Source of the DNA: Nitrospirota bacterium
GTDB taxonomy: Bacteria > Nitrospirota > Nitrospiria > Nitrospirales > NS-4
DNA length: 64,000 bases
Direction of reading: 5' to 3'
Assembly (NCBI GenBank): GCA_963788195.1
Contig: CAWBGA010000013.1
Location: 96,001-160,000, forward strand
In this document: piece after piece, positions 40,087-52,004 of the stretch
Layout: each line of letters begins with the position of its first letter
How positions within the stretch are numbered: the stretch's first letter is position 1
The notes under the pieces: generated by a model
Told to the model about the DNA's origin: nothing
What the model saw: the letters and a program-made list of their open reading frames with translations, nothing else
The model's database searches: none
Program-made: the position numbers and the translations under genes

Positions 40087-41924
40087 ATGGCTGTCACGGT
40101 CGACAGAATAGGCAAGCTGCTGGTGACTGCAAAGCTCATCAGTGAAGATCAACTTAAAGAGGCCGCGGTTATCCAGAAACAGAAGGGCAATGGTCAGCTC
40201 GGCAGCACTCTCGTCAAGATGGGTTTTATCGACGAGGCAAAGCTGTTGACCTTTCTTTCACATCAGTATCGCGTTCCGTCGATCAATCTGCACACGTACG
40301 CAGCTATTGATCCGGCGGTGATCAAACTCGTCCCTATTGAATTGGTCAGGAAACATCTGGTGCTGCCGCTCAAGCGGGTCGGCTCGACGCTTACGGTCGC
40401 CATGGCGGACCCAACAAACGTCTTCGGTCTCGACGATCTCAAATTTCGGACGAACTATTCCATCCAACCTGTGATCGCCAGCGAATCGGCGCTGCTTGAA
40501 GCCGTTGCGAAATATTACGGCATCACTCCCGGCATGTCCGTGGGCGACGACGGTAAGCAAGGGGACACCTCGAGGTTGCTTGAGGTGAAGGACTACACGA
40601 TCAACGACCTGCAAGCCGCGCAATGAATACAGCATCCAAGATGAGGGCGCGACAATCGATGTGGAAGATTTCGATAAGACCGTCGGTGACGTGCTGGACT
40701 CCGTGGAGGTCGCAGAGGAAGAGGAGCCCCAGGGTTATGCCAGCGATGCGGTGGAGGCTCCTGTCGTCAAGTTGGTCAATGGCATCCTGGTCAACGCGCT
40801 CAAGACCGGCTCAAGCGATGTCCACATCGAACCCTATGAGAACGTCTTTCGCGTCCGCTACCGTCTCGACGGCCAGATGATGACCGTCATGAACCTGCCC
40901 ATGAAGGTCAAAAACGCCATGGTCTCCCGGGTAAAGATCATGGCCAAATTGGATATCGCCGAGCGGCGTCTTCCCCAAGACGGGCGCATTAAATTAAAGC
41001 TGGGAGCGAAGAGGGATGTCGATTTCCGTGTCTCGGTCATGCCCACGCTCTTCGGCGAAAAGGCGTGCCTGCGAGTCCTGGATAAGGCCAATGTGCAGTT
41101 GGACATGATGAAACTTGGCTTTGAGGACGCGCAGCGCAAGGAGTTGAAAGCCGGCTTAGCGTCGCCCTTCGGGATGATTCTGGTCACCGGTCCCACGGGC
41201 AGCGGCAAGACCACGACTCTCTACTCTGCCCTGCAGGCGCTCAACACGCCCTGCCGTCAATATTTGCACTGCGGAAGATCCCATCGAGTTTAATTTTATG
41301 GGTATCAATCAGGTGCAGGTACACCCCGATATCGGCTTGACCTTCGCCGCCGCCCTGAAAGCCTTTCTGCGGCAGGACCCCGACATCATCATGATCGGCG
41401 AGATCCGGGATTACGAAACCGGGGAGATCGGCGTGAAAGCAGCCCTCACCGGGCATTTGGTCCTGGCGTCTCTCCATACGAACGATGCGCCCTCCACGAT
41501 CAACCGGCTTTTGAACATGGGGATCGAGCCGTTCTTGGTCTCCAGCTCAGTGGTTCTGATTATCGCCCAGCGTCTGGCCCGCCGTATCTGTAAGGATTGT
41601 AAGATGCCGGACCCCGAAGTCACACCGGATCTGCTGAGGAAAATCGGGATGAAGGATGAGGAAATCGCTACGGCGAAACCGCATAAAGGGGCCGGTTGCG
41701 TGGTCTGTAATAAGACGGGCTATAAAGGACGCGTGGCGTTGTACCAGGTGATGACCGTCAGCGATCGGATTCGAGCCGGAATCCTGCAAGGGGCTTCGAC
41801 CGATGAGATCAAGCAGTTGTCAATCGAGGATGGTGTGAAGACCCTGCGCATGAGCGGCCTGACCAAGATTGCGGAAGGGATTACGACGATCTCGGAGGTT
41901 GAGAGCTGCACAATCGCCGATTAA
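40087..41924 (+). CDS. pilB: Type IV pilus assembly ATPase PilB (frameshifts near 40625 and 41255)
   Basis: MshEN-like RIGKLLV...QLGSTLV; SDVHIEP; LDIAERRLPQDGRI; GPTGSGKTTTLY; LRQDPDIIMIGEIRD; CxxC..CxxC. Confidence 0.93.
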
Positions 41925-41954
41925 CCGGACATTTTTCCACAGTGAGGTGAATGT

Positions 41955-43157
41955 ATGCCAGTTTTTGCGTACGCCGGAAGGGGCCTGGGAGGCCAAACCG
42001 CCAGAGGAGAGCTGAACGCCGCCGACCGGGACGCCGCGATCGGCCAGCTTCGATCACAGGGGATCACCGTCGCGACGATCGAAGAAAGAAAGAAATCCAA
42101 GATGTTCGGTGAAAAAAAGCAAAAAATCACCGACAAGGATCTGGTGGTGTTTACGCGCCAGTTCGCGACGATGATCGATGCCGGCCTGCCGCTGGTGCAG
42201 TGCCTGGAGATCCTTTCCTCCCAGTCGGACAACAAGACCTTAGGCAAACTCCTCACTGACGTGAAGTTGGATGTCGAGGCCGGCTCGACCTATGCCGATG
42301 CCCTGAAAAAGCATCCCAAGGTGTTCGACAACCTCTACACGAATATGGTGCGCGCCGGCGAGGCCGGCGGTATGCTCGACACGATTTTACAGCGCCTGGC
42401 AAAGCAGATGGAGAAGACGGCCAAGCTCAAGGCCCAGATAAAATCAGCCATGGTCTACCCGGCGGCGATCATTGTCGTGGCCATCGTTGTCGTCTCCGTG
42501 CTGTTGGTGTGGGTGATCCCGATCTTTGCGAAGATGTTTGCGGATTTCGGAGGCTCCCTGCCGGCATTGACCCAGCTCGTGATCGACCTGAGCAATATCA
42601 TGCAGAAGTATATTTTGTTCATGGCTGCCGGCCTCGGCGCCGGCTTGTGGCTCCTGAGGCGATATTACCAGACGCCGGGGGGCCGCTTAAAAATCGATGG
42701 GTTTGCGCTCAAGGTGCCCGTGATTGGGGACTTGATCCGAAAGATTTCGGTCGCGCGTTTCACCCGTACGTTCGGGACGCTTATCCAAAGCGGTGTTCCG
42801 ATCATGGACAGCCTGGAAATCGTGGCGCGCACCGCCGGCAATGTCGTCGTCGAAAACGCTATTATGGCAGCCCGTACCAGCGTCGGAGAAGGCAAGACAC
42901 TGGCCGAGCCTATCGGAAAGACGGGAGTGTTTCCGCCAATGGTCGTACAGATGATCTCGGTGGGGGAAGCGACCGGCGCCCTGGATGCCATGCTGTCGAA
43001 GATCGCCGACTTCTACGATGACGAAGTGGATACTGCGGTCGCCATGCTGACCTCCCTGTTGGAGCCGGCGCTGATGGTCTTCTTGGGGACGGTCATTGGA
43101 TTTATCGTGATCGCGATGTACCTGCCCATCTTTAAGATGGCGTCCGCAATCGGCTGA
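41955..43157 (+). CDS. pilC: Type IV pilus inner membrane platform PilC
   Basis: FTRQFATMIDAGLPL, AGEAGGMLD, VGEATGALD, AMYLPIF. Confidence 0.95.
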   Translation: MPVFAYAGRGLGGQTARGELNAADRDAAIGQLRSQGITVATIEERKKSKMFGEKKQKITDKDLVVFTRQFATMIDAGLPLVQCLEILSSQSDNKTLGKLLTDVKLDVEAGSTYADALKKHPKVFDNLYTNMVRAGEAGGMLDTILQRLAKQMEKTAKLKAQIKSAMVYPAAIIVVAIVVVSVLLVWVIPIFAKMFADFGGSLPALTQLVIDLSNIMQKYILFMAAGLGAGLWLLRRYYQTPGGRLKIDGFALKVPVIGDLIRKISVARFTRTFGTLIQSGVPIMDSLEIVARTAGNVVVENAIMAARTSVGEGKTLAEPIGKTGVFPPMVVQMISVGEATGALDAMLSKIADFYDDEVDTAVAMLTSLLEPALMVFLGTVIGFIVIAMYLPIFKMASAIG

Positions 43158-44857
43158 TTGCCGACGATCCGAGACAACATGGAAGCTCTCCGTCTGAAGC
43201 TCAAGTGGCTGATGGGCATCAGGGTCGCATTTGTGTCCCTGACGCTGGGAGTCTGGATCTACCTCCAACTGGACGGAGAGACGCCGGGCATTCCCGCCTA
43301 CAGCCTCATCATTGCAACCTACCTGCTGACGATCGTCTACAGCTTCCTCATCAACCGCATTCAGAGCGCCACTGGACTGCAGGTTTTTGCCTACGCCCAG
43401 ATTGGGATTGATATGCTCTGCGATATCGTTACTCGTGTCCATTACGGGTGGCGTGGAAAGCCCGTTCTCGCTCCTGTATGTCATCTCCATCACGGCCGCC
43501 AGTGCCTTATTGTCACGCCGAGGAGGGCTCGTCGGCGCTTCTGCGGCGGCGATCCTGTACGGTGGGCTTGTTGACGTGCAGTTCTATCGGACGTCCTATG
43601 ATCTGCTCCTGTCCTCGGCATGGTTAGCGCCTACCAATCTGACGGCGCAGACCATTTTTTACAAGCTCGCGATAAATGTGGTCGGGTTCATCATGGTGGG
43701 ATACCTGACGGGAACGCTCGCGGAGAAACTGCAAGCGTACCGGCGAACGCCTCGAAACGAAGGCCCGCGCGCTGGTCGGCTTTCAGGAACTCCACCGGTG
43801 TATTCTGGAAAGCATCGAGAGCGGGGTGTTTACGACGGATAACCAGGGCCAGGTCACATCTTTTAATCGCCGCGCCCAAGACATCACAGGATATTCCAAG
43901 GCCGAGGTCGATGGTTATCTGTGGTGGGACCTGTTCTCATGGTCCTCCATGATAGGGCAGAAGGGTCTGGACCTTGCGGAAGCGCCCGCTCGTTTCGAAG
44001 AGGCTGGGCAGCGAAAGGACGGCAGCCGGTATATCCTGGGGCTGAGCCTATCACCGTTGCAGCTTGAAGGGGTCCGCATGGGGCTCGTGGGGGTGTTTCA
44101 GGACATCACGCCGTGGAAGAAGATGGAAGAAGCCATGCGCCGCAAGGAGTGGCTCGCCACGATCGGCGAAATGTCCGCCGGGATGGCCCACGAAGTCCGC
44201 AATCCGCTCGCAGCATTGTCGGGCGCGATACAGGTACTGCGCAAAGATTTGCGTCCCGCGGATGCTAATCTGTCGCTGCTTGATCTTGTCCTGCGGGAAA
44301 CGGCGCGCCTCAACACAATTGTCACGGATTTTTTGCAATACGCCCGGCCACGTCGCTTGAACCTTCAGCGCTGCGACGTCCATGACCTTCTGGATGAGAC
44401 GCTGAGGATGCTGGAGCAAACCCCTCCGTACGATGTCACGATTAACTTCGTTCGAGATTTCGCTGCGGATGCCGTCACCGCGCCCCTCGATCATGATCAG
44501 ATGCGACAGGTGTGTTTGAATCTCGGCCTGAATGCATGCCAATCTATGCCGCATGGAGGCTCCCTCCGTGTCTCCACCAGACGGAGTTCGCTGCTGGCCG
44601 GCGCATTGGAGGCCGACGCCATTGAGATCATGTTTACCGATACAGGCGCGGGCATTTCTGAGGAGGATCTCGGAAAAATCTTCTATCCATTCTTCACGAC
44701 AAAGCAAGGCGGCTCCGGCCTTGGACTATCGGTCGTCTATCGAATCCTGGATGAACATGGCGGCACTGTGCACGTTGAGAGCGTCCTGGGTGAAGGAACC
44801 AGTGTGCGGTTGGTTCTTCCCGCAGAAGAGCGCATGGCGCTTGAGATTTCCGGATGA
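43158..44857 (+). CDS. pilS: Sensor histidine kinase PilS (frameshifts about 43425 and 43750)
   Basis: N-terminal TMs with TGGVESPFS, PAS domain, MAHEVRNPL, PFFTTKQGGSGLGL. Confidence 0.85.
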
Positions 44858-46284
44858 ATTCCGCTGCGGCCAGGATTCTTCTGATTGATGATGAGCCAGG
44901 AATGCGCGAGGTCCTGAGCGCCGTGCTGGGACGCGCGGGCCATAGCGTCGTTGTCGCTGAAAGCGGACAACAAGGCATCGTTCTCATCGGCGCGGAGATT
45001 TTTGATCTGGTCATCACCGACTTGAAAATGCCCGGTCCGTACAATGGGATCGACGTCCTGAAGGCGGCGAAAGATGTTTCCCCTAACACGCTGGTGGTGA
45101 TGCTGACGGCTTTCGCCACGCTCGATGTCGCCGTAGAAGCGATGAAGCTGGGCGCCTATGACGTCCTGACCAAGCCTTTCAATAACGACCACGTCGAACT
45201 GACCGTTCGAAAAGCCCTGGATGCCAAGCGGTTGTCGGCCGAAAATCTCTTGCTCAAACGTGAGCTCAAGGGACGAGCCGGATTGGACAACATCATTGCC
45301 ATCAGTGCGTCCATGCAGAAGGTATTTGAGCTTGTCCGGCGCGTCGCGGGATCCGACAGCACCGTCTTGATCTGTGGTGAGAGCGGCACCGGGAAAGAAC
45401 TGGTGGCGCGAGCCATTCATTACGATAGTCCCAGACGGGACCACGCGTTTGTGACCGTGAACTGCGGGGCATTGCCGGAAACCTTGCTGGAGAGTGAGTT
45501 ATTTGGTCATATGAAAGGCAGCTTTACGGGAGCGGTAGCAAACAAGGAAGGACTCTTTGAAGTCGCCGATGGTGGTACACTGTTTTTGGACGAGATCGGC
45601 GAGGCCTCACCGGGCATACAAGTCAAGCTCTTGCGGGTGATTCAGGAACGGGAGTTTCGAAGGATCGGCGGCACACGAGACGTCAGCGTCAACGTCCGGA
45701 TTATCGCCGCCACCAACAAGGATCTTGACAAGGCTGTGGCCCAGGGGCTTTTCCGGGAAGACCTGTTTTATCGCCTGGAAGTGATTCCCATCACGATTCC
45801 CCCCTTACGCAGCCGGCCGGAGGACATTCCTGCCCTCGTTCAACATTTCTTGACATTATTTAGCCGTAAGAGTGAGAAACGTCTGACGATCGAACCCGAT
45901 GCCATGGTTGGACTGCAGCAGCACGAGTGGAAAGGCAATGTCCGTGAGCTCGAAAACGTCATCCAGCGAGCGGTCGCACTTGTGCCGGGCCCGACGATCT
46001 GCCGCGCTGACCTGGAGCCCTGGTTGAGGCCCTCCGCTTCAACGCCGTCGATCATCTCATCGGAGATTCCTCCGGAGGGTCTTGACCTTGAAGATTTCAT
46101 GAACGGGCTTGAGCGCGACTTACTTGTGAAAGCCCTGGAACGCACGGGCGGCATGAAGAGGGATGCCGCTCACTTGTTGAAGCTCAATGCCCGTTCCTTC
46201 CGCTACCGTATGGACAAGTATGGGATCGGACGCCACAACGGCGGCGACGGCCCGGACGATGCTGATGAGGAGGGTGATGGGTAA
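44854..46284 (+). CDS. pilR: Sigma54-dependent response regulator PilR
   Basis: Receiver domain, GESGTGKE, ESELFGHMKGSFTGA, FLDEIGE, FREDLFYRL, C-terminal HTH. Confidence 0.9.
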   Translation: MNSAAARILLIDDEPGMREVLSAVLGRAGHSVVVAESGQQGIVLIGAEIFDLVITDLKMPGPYNGIDVLKAAKDVSPNTLVVMLTAFATLDVAVEAMKLGAYDVLTKPFNNDHVELTVRKALDAKRLSAENLLLKRELKGRAGLDNIIAISASMQKVFELVRRVAGSDSTVLICGESGTGKELVARAIHYDSPRRDHAFVTVNCGALPETLLESELFGHMKGSFTGAVANKEGLFEVADGGTLFLDEIGEASPGIQVKLLRVIQEREFRRIGGTRDVSVNVRIIAATNKDLDKAVAQGLFREDLFYRLEVIPITIPPLRSRPEDIPALVQHFLTLFSRKSEKRLTIEPDAMVGLQQHEWKGNVRELENVIQRAVALVPGPTICRADLEPWLRPSASTPSIISSEIPPEGLDLEDFMNGLERDLLVKALERTGGMKRDAAHLLKLNARSFRYRMDKYGIGRHNGGDGPDDADEEGDG

Positions 46285-47284
46285 TCGTGGAGTCGATGTC
46301 TCGGCTCCTGGTAAAATCAACTTAATTCTACGCGTTCTGGACCGGAGAGCTGACCGCTACCATAACCTCTATTCAGTGATGCAGGCGTTTGACCTCGCTG
46401 ATACCATCCATATAGAAGAAGCCCCGGCCGCAGTCGGAATCCGCCTGTTCTGCGAGGGCGCCGAACTGCCGGTTGGGCGGGATAATCTTGTCTACCGCGC
46501 CGCCGAGGCCGTTTTACTCCGTCTGAGGCCGGCTCCCGGTGTTCACATCCGGCTCAATAAGCAATTGCCGATCAGTGCGGGAGTCGGGGGAGGGAGCAGT
46601 GACGCGGCCGCGACGATTCAAGCCCTCGCGGTCCTTTTGAACACAGGATGGTCGCGGGAGGCAATGTCGGGAATCGGTCAAGAGCTCGGAAGCGATGTCC
46701 CTTTCTTCTTTTACGGGCCTGCTGCGCTTGTGGAGGGCCGCGGCGAACGTGTGACCCCGCTCCGGATAGAGGGCCATCGGTGGCTGGTCCTGCTGAATCC
46801 CGGCATCACAATAGCGACCTCCTGGGCCTATCAAAGGTTGGCAGATCTCAGGTCAATCGCGAACTCTCCCGCACCCGAACGCCGGTCGCTGTCACTCCCC
46901 ACGAATTCCCCCATTAAATGGGATGACCTCCTTAGTCTCGTGGAGAATGATTTCCAGGCCGTCGCGGAGGAGACGTACCCGTTGCTACGAGAGCTTCGCT
47001 TGTTGCTGATCGCCCGCGGCGCTGAGGCGGCAATGCTCTGCGGCAGCGGCTCGACCGTCGTTGGAGTCTTTTCTTCGGAAGAGAAGGCGAGACAGGCTGC
47101 CGAAGGCATTGACTGCCGACCTGGGTGGCGGATATGGGTGACTCGAACGAGCGCCAAACAGGATCCGCCGCGTCGTCTTCAATTGACAACCGCGACGTCG
47201 GCGATTACAATCGCTTTCTTCCTTTGGAACGCAGCGCGCCGACCTTTCTACATACCCGGAGGAGCCGTAGGGTGCACGAATTGA
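46277..47284 (+). CDS. ispE: 4-diphosphocytidyl-2-C-methyl-D-erythritol kinase (3' end probably over-extended)
   Basis: [48 protein letters not shown]. Confidence 0.9.
   Translation: MGNRGVDVSAPGKINLILRVLDRRADRYHNLYSVMQAFDLADTIHIEEAPAAVGIRLFCEGAELPVGRDNLVYRAAEAVLLRLRPAPGVHIRLNKQLPISAGVGGGSSDAAATIQALAVLLNTGWSREAMSGIGQELGSDVPFFFYGPAALVEGRGERVTPLRIEGHRWLVLLNPGITIATSWAYQRLADLRSIANSPAPERRSLSLPTNSPIKWDDLLSLVENDFQAVAEETYPLLRELRLLLIARGAEAAMLCGSGSTVVGVFSSEEKARQAAEGIDCRPGWRIWVTRTSAKQDPPRRLQLTTATSAITIAFFLWNAARRPFYIPGGAVGCTN
47183..47211 (+). promoter_or_regulatory. Sigma70 promoter for prs
   Basis: TTGACA(47183)-17 bp-TACAAT(47206-47211), 60 bp upstream of the prs GTG. Confidence 0.7.
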
Positions 47285-48210
47285 AGATATTCGCCGGATT
47301 GTCTAATCCGACGCTTGTCAAAGAAGTGTGTGACTACTTAAAGGTGGAGCAAGGGGATGCGCTGGTCTCCACGTTCAGTGATGGTGAAATCCGGATCCAT
47401 ATCAATGAAAACGTGCGCGGCAAGGATGTTTTTTTATTTCAGTCATGTTGCGATCCGGTAAACAAACACTGGATGGAATTGTGGCTGTTGATCGATGCGT
47501 TGAAGCGATCTTCGGCGTACCGGATCACCGCCGTGATTCCCTACTTTGGCTACGGCCGACAGGACCGAAAGGATCAGCCGCGGGTGCCGATCTCCGCAAA
47601 GGTTATGGCGGACTTAACGACCACAGCGGGCGCGGACCGGGTGCTCACCATGGATTTACACGCCGGCCAGATTCAGGGATTCTTTCAGATCCCTGTGGAT
47701 CATATGTACGCCGCTCCCGTTTTGTTGGACTATGTCCGTCGAAAAGGCGGCCGCGATTTGGTCGTCGTGTCGCCGGATGCGGGCGGGGTCGAGCGGGCCA
47801 GAGCCTTTGCCAAACGACTGCAGGCCAATCTGGCAATCATCGACAAACGCCGCGAGGGTCCCAATGAAGCGCATGTGATGCACATTATCGGTGATGTGAA
47901 GGGCCGGGATGCGCTTCTGCTGGACGACATGATTGATACCGCTGGAACGATTGCGCAGGGATCTCTCGCCTGCAAGGAACATGGAGCCCGGCGCGTATGG
48001 GCGGCTTGTACGCATGCGGTGCTGTCCGGACCGGCGCTTGAGCGGTTAAGCAGCTCGCCGTTGGAGGAGGTGGTCGTGACAAACAGCATCCCGTTGAACG
48101 GCAAAGACCGCCTTTGCACCAAGCTCAAGATGTTATCGGTGGCGCCGCTCTTGGGGGAGGCGATCAAGCGTATTCATGAGGAAGAATCGGTGAGCTCGTT
48201 GTTTGTTTGA
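47272..48210 (+). CDS. prs: Ribose-phosphate pyrophosphokinase
   Basis: [50 protein letters not shown]. Confidence 0.96.
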   Translation: MHELKIFAGLSNPTLVKEVCDYLKVEQGDALVSTFSDGEIRIHINENVRGKDVFLFQSCCDPVNKHWMELWLLIDALKRSSAYRITAVIPYFGYGRQDRKDQPRVPISAKVMADLTTTAGADRVLTMDLHAGQIQGFFQIPVDHMYAAPVLLDYVRRKGGRDLVVVSPDAGGVERARAFAKRLQANLAIIDKRREGPNEAHVMHIIGDVKGRDALLLDDMIDTAGTIAQGSLACKEHGARRVWAACTHAVLSGPALERLSSSPLEEVVVTNSIPLNGKDRLCTKLKMLSVAPLLGEAIKRIHEEESVSSLFV

Positions 48211-48243
48211 TCCATCTGGACGAAGAAGAGAAAGAGGTATCCC

Positions 48244-49034
48244 ATGCAGTTCGATATGAAAGTCGCATCCCGCACCGCAGTTGGAAAGGGAGTTGCGCGA
48301 AGCCTCCGACGCGAGGGCAAAATTCCCGGCATTCTGTACGGACAGAAAGACTCCCTGCCTGTCATCCTGGAACCTTCGGAGATTCGTAAGATTCTTCACT
48401 CCGAGTCCGGCTCCAACGCCCTTCTCAACTTGAACATTGCTACTGGAAACGGTGACATGAAGCGGACGGCGATGCTTCGCGATTATCAGGTCGATCCGAT
48501 TACGGGGTCCATTCTCCATGCGGACCTGTTTGAAGTCGCCATGGACAAACCTGTGCGCGTGCGCGTACCGGTCACGGTCACAGAAGGAACGCCGATCGGC
48601 GTCGCCGAGGGCGGAGTCTTACAACACAATCTTCGAGAGCTCCATATCGAGTGTTTGCCGGGGGACATCCCCGCGTCCATTGTCGTAGACCCTTCCAATC
48701 TGCGCGTCAATCAGGGCATCCATGTAAAGGAAGTGCCGGTGAGCAAGGGGTGCCGCATCCTTGATGATCCCGAATATGATGGTGGTGAACATCGTGGCGC
48801 CCGATCACTGAAGCGAAGTTGGAGGCCTTGCTCGCGGCAACGGCGCCCGGAGCCGGTCCTGCCGAGCCGGAGGTCATCGGCAAGAAGCTCGAAGAGGGCG
48901 CAGAAGAAGAAGCGGGAGCAGTGGTGGCCGGGAAAGCCGGCGCGAAGCCCGCGGTGGCCGGTGCCGCACCGGAAGCCAAGGATAAAGAAGAGAAGAAAGA
49001 GGGCAAGGAACCTAAGGCGGAGAAAAAGAAGTAG
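48244..49034 (+). CDS. rplY: 50S ribosomal protein L25/Ctc (frameshift about 48770-48800)
   Basis: RSLRREGKIPGILYG, QVDPITGSILHADL, GVAEGGVL; acidic/Lys tail EPEVIGKK...EKKK. Confidence 0.92.
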
Positions 49035-49036
49035 CG

Positions 49037-49615
49037 TTGCGGCTCATCGTCGGTCTTGGCAATCCCGGCGCGGAATACGCCAAGACGCGACACAATGTCG
49101 GCTTTGCCGTCGTAGAAGCCCTGGCGGCCGAAGCAGGGGCCGGCTTCCGCCGGCGCGGGTTGTCACTGCGCGCATCTGGCTCGCTTCACGGCGAGGACCT
49201 TATCTTCGCTAAACCACAGACGTTCATGAACCTCAGTGGACAGGCCGTCGCAGAATTGGTGTCGCAGATCGGATTCAAGCCCTCCGATCTTGACAACCTT
49301 CTTATCATCCACGACGATCTTGACCTGGACGTCGGACGTATACGAGTGAAGGCTCGCGGTGGGGCAGGGGGCAACAATGGCGTGCTCTCGATCATCGATG
49401 CTCTCGGGACAGATCAATTTGCCAGGGTAAAGATCGGGATAGGCCGTCCGCCGGTTGGGATGGAAGCTGCGGAGTACGTTTTGCGCCCCGCGCGCGGCGA
49501 TGACCGGGCGGTGCTGGATGACGCGATGGAGCGAGCTGTCGAAGCCGTACGGTGTTGGATCTCAGAAGGGCTCGCCACCACAATGAACCGCTTTAACCGC
49601 CCTCCTATTGAATAA
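49037..49615 (+). CDS. pth: Peptidyl-tRNA hydrolase
   Basis: [42 protein letters not shown]. Confidence 0.95.
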   Translation: MRLIVGLGNPGAEYAKTRHNVGFAVVEALAAEAGAGFRRRGLSLRASGSLHGEDLIFAKPQTFMNLSGQAVAELVSQIGFKPSDLDNLLIIHDDLDLDVGRIRVKARGGAGGNNGVLSIIDALGTDQFARVKIGIGRPPVGMEAAEYVLRPARGDDRAVLDDAMERAVEAVRCWISEGLATTMNRFNRPPIE

Positions 49616-49686
49616 ACGAGTCCTGTGAGAAAGCTACAATGGGCAAAGGAGGCTGTCTCGGCAGCCTCCAGGGCTGGGGGGGTGCA

Positions 49687-50776
49687 ATGGCATTGAATTG
49701 CGGAATTATCGGACTGCCCAATGTCGGGAAATCCACGATTTTCAATGCGCTCGTGGGCGGAAAGGCAGTCGTCGCTAATTTTCCGTTTTCAACCGTCGAG
49801 CCAAACATCGGGGTGGCCATGGTCCCGGATGAACGGCTCACTCGCCTGACCGAGATTTTCAAGTCCCGAAAAACCACGCCCACGTCCATCGAGTTTCGAG
49901 ACATTGCCGGCTTGGTCGAAGGGAGCCAGTCAAGGCGAAGGGCTGGGAAACCAATTTCTTGGGCAGGTTCGAGAGGCGGACGTCCTCGTTCATGTCGTCC
50001 GGTGCTTTCAGGATCCTGACGTCCTCCACGTCGTCGGGCCTGTGAATCCGGAGCGCGATATAGGCTTGATCGAAACGGAGCTGATCCTGTCAGATCTGGA
50101 GACGGTCGAGCGGCGGCGCGATCGGCTGGACAAAAAGGTTCGTGCCGGGGAGGCCGCGGCCGTCAAGGAGATGCCTTTTCTTCTGAGCATACTCGACCAA
50201 CTTGGGAAGGGCGAATGGATCGGGCTGCGGAATTTTTCTGCGGAAGAGCAGGTATGGGTGCGGGAATATCAACTGCTGACTGCTAAGCCGGTAGTGTTCG
50301 CGGCAAATGTCGGCGAAAGCCAAGAGCTCGATACTGCTGTCGGGGAAGCCGAAGCGCAGGCAAAGAATCGGGGGGCCCGGCTTGTCAAGCTTTCGGGGCG
50401 CATTGAAGCAGAGGTCTCAGCGCTGGAATCGAGTGAGCGGGATGAGTATCTTCGCGAGCTGGGGATGGGAGAGCCCGGCCTCGTGCGGCTGATCCGCACC
50501 GCCTATGACCTCCTCGGATTGATCACGTTCTTTACAGCGGGTGAGACAGAGTCGCGAGCATGGACCGTGCGGAAGGGGACCAAGGCGGCGACGGCAGCGG
50601 GCAAAATTCACTCGGACATGGAGCGGGGATTTATCCGGGCCGAAGTGTATCGTTATGATGATCTGATCGCGTGCGGCAGTGAAGCGGCAGTCAAAGAGAA
50701 GGGACTCTTTAGATTAGAAGGACGCGACTATGTCATCAAAGACGGCGACGTCATGTTCTTCAGGTTCAACGTTTAG
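49687..50776 (+). CDS. ychF: Redox-regulated ATPase YchF (frameshift near 49920)
   Basis: [59 protein letters not shown]. Confidence 0.95.
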
Positions 50777-50880
50777 CATCCATCCTTAACCGGCTTCGGA
50801 CCGAGGCCACCCGTGCCATCCGTGACACGGGGTTCGCCTTGATTCCCTGTCAGCCCTATGTTAGCGTACCCGACTCGGTA

Positions 50881-50931
50881 CGACCCCTTGCTCCGGGCCC
50901 GGCCCCGGGGCTTTTATCCAGAAGGAGATCG
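50881..50931 (+). promoter_or_regulatory. Putative S6:S18 ribosomal protein leader
   Basis: CGACCCCTTG able to pair with the SD region AAGGAGATCG, enclosing a GCTCCGGG/CCCGGGGC hairpin, directly upstream of rpsF. Confidence 0.5.
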
Positions 50932-50936
50932 GCCTT

Positions 50937-51302
50937 ATGGCGCAGCTGTATGAATCAATCGTTATCCTTCGTCCCTCCTTGGCCGATGAAGACATCCAAA
51001 AGACTTTGGACAAGGTCAAGTCCACCATCGAAAAGTCAGGTGGGACCATCGAGCGTCTCGAAAACTGGGGCAAGAAAAAGCTTGCCTATGAAGTGAAGCG
51101 TGAAAAAAAAGGCGTCTACGTTCAACTGAACTTCCACGGAAGTGGTGTGGCGGTCACCGAATTGGAACGATTCTTCAGATTGGAAGACGCCATTATGAAG
51201 TTTCTCACCGTGAAGCTCGAAGCGCAAAAGCTCCCGCCAGCCGGGACAGAGCACCCAACCGGCGGACCGGTGGCCCTGGAGCCTGAGAATGGCAGGGTTT
51301 AA
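50937..51302 (+). CDS. rpsF: 30S ribosomal protein S6
   Basis: YESIVILRP, WGKKKLAYEVK. Confidence 0.95.
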   Translation: MAQLYESIVILRPSLADEDIQKTLDKVKSTIEKSGGTIERLENWGKKKLAYEVKREKKGVYVQLNFHGSGVAVTELERFFRLEDAIMKFLTVKLEAQKLPPAGTEHPTGGPVALEPENGRV

Positions 51303-51693
51303 TAAGGTCATTCTCATGGGGAACCTCACCAGAGACCCAGAAATCCGGTATGCTCCGAACGGCACTCCCGTCGCAAACTTCGGCCTTGCTGTGAACCGAC
51401 GCTATCGTCAGGCAGAAGAAATGCGCGAGGATGTCTGCTTTGTTGACATCGTGATTTTCGGCAAACAAGCGGAGACGTGCGGCCAGTACCTCAGCAAAGG
51501 TCAAGGGGCGCTCATCGAAGGCCGGCTTCAGATGCGTAAGTTCGAGACGAAGGAAGGCCAGAAGGTGACCAAGCACGAGGTGGTCGCAGAGAACGTGCGG
51601 TTTCTCTCGAAACGCGCTGATCATGGGGGGGACCGGGAACCCCGAGAACCTGCCGAGGACATCGTTCGCTACGAATCAGAAGAGCCGTTGTAA
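51289..51693 (+). CDS. ssb: Single-stranded DNA-binding protein
   Basis: NKVILMGNLTRDPEIRY, YLSKG, IEGRLQ. Confidence 0.95.
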   Translation: MAGFNKVILMGNLTRDPEIRYAPNGTPVANFGLAVNRRYRQAEEMREDVCFVDIVIFGKQAETCGQYLSKGQGALIEGRLQMRKFETKEGQKVTKHEVVAENVRFLSKRADHGGDREPREPAEDIVRYESEEPL

Positions 51694-51708
51694 CGTGGGA
51701 GGAAAACC

Positions 51709-51960
51709 GTGAACATGGAGCGAGGAGGAGCGGGAGGAGGAGGTCGATCATTCCAACGCCGACGCGTCTGCCGTTTTTGCCACGACAAAATCGGTATTGA
51801 TTATAAGGATGTCGGGTTGGTTCGCAATTTTCTGACGGAGCGGGGCCGTATCATTCCTCGACGCATTTCCGGAAATTGCATGGGGCATCAACGAGAGCTG
51901 ACCATCGCGATCAAACGCGCTCGCACGATCGCGCTAGTCTCATTCGCCGAAGAGAGATAG
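51709..51960 (+). CDS. rpsR: 30S ribosomal protein S18 (zinc-ribbon form)
   Basis: [37 protein letters not shown]. Confidence 0.95.
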   Translation: MNMERGGAGGGGRSFQRRRVCRFCHDKIGIDYKDVGLVRNFLTERGRIIPRRISGNCMGHQRELTIAIKRARTIALVSFAEER

Positions 51961-52004
51961 CCTGACCTAGCAATCCTGACCTCGAAACGGAACGGGAGCT
52001 CGCC

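Noticed and set aside
50881..50891. rpsF leader CGACCCCTTGC is exactly complementary to GCAAGGGGTCG in the 32-bp repeat hairpin
   Set aside because: Only 11 nt, and the repeat arm is sequestered in its own stem. Insufficient evidence for antisense control.
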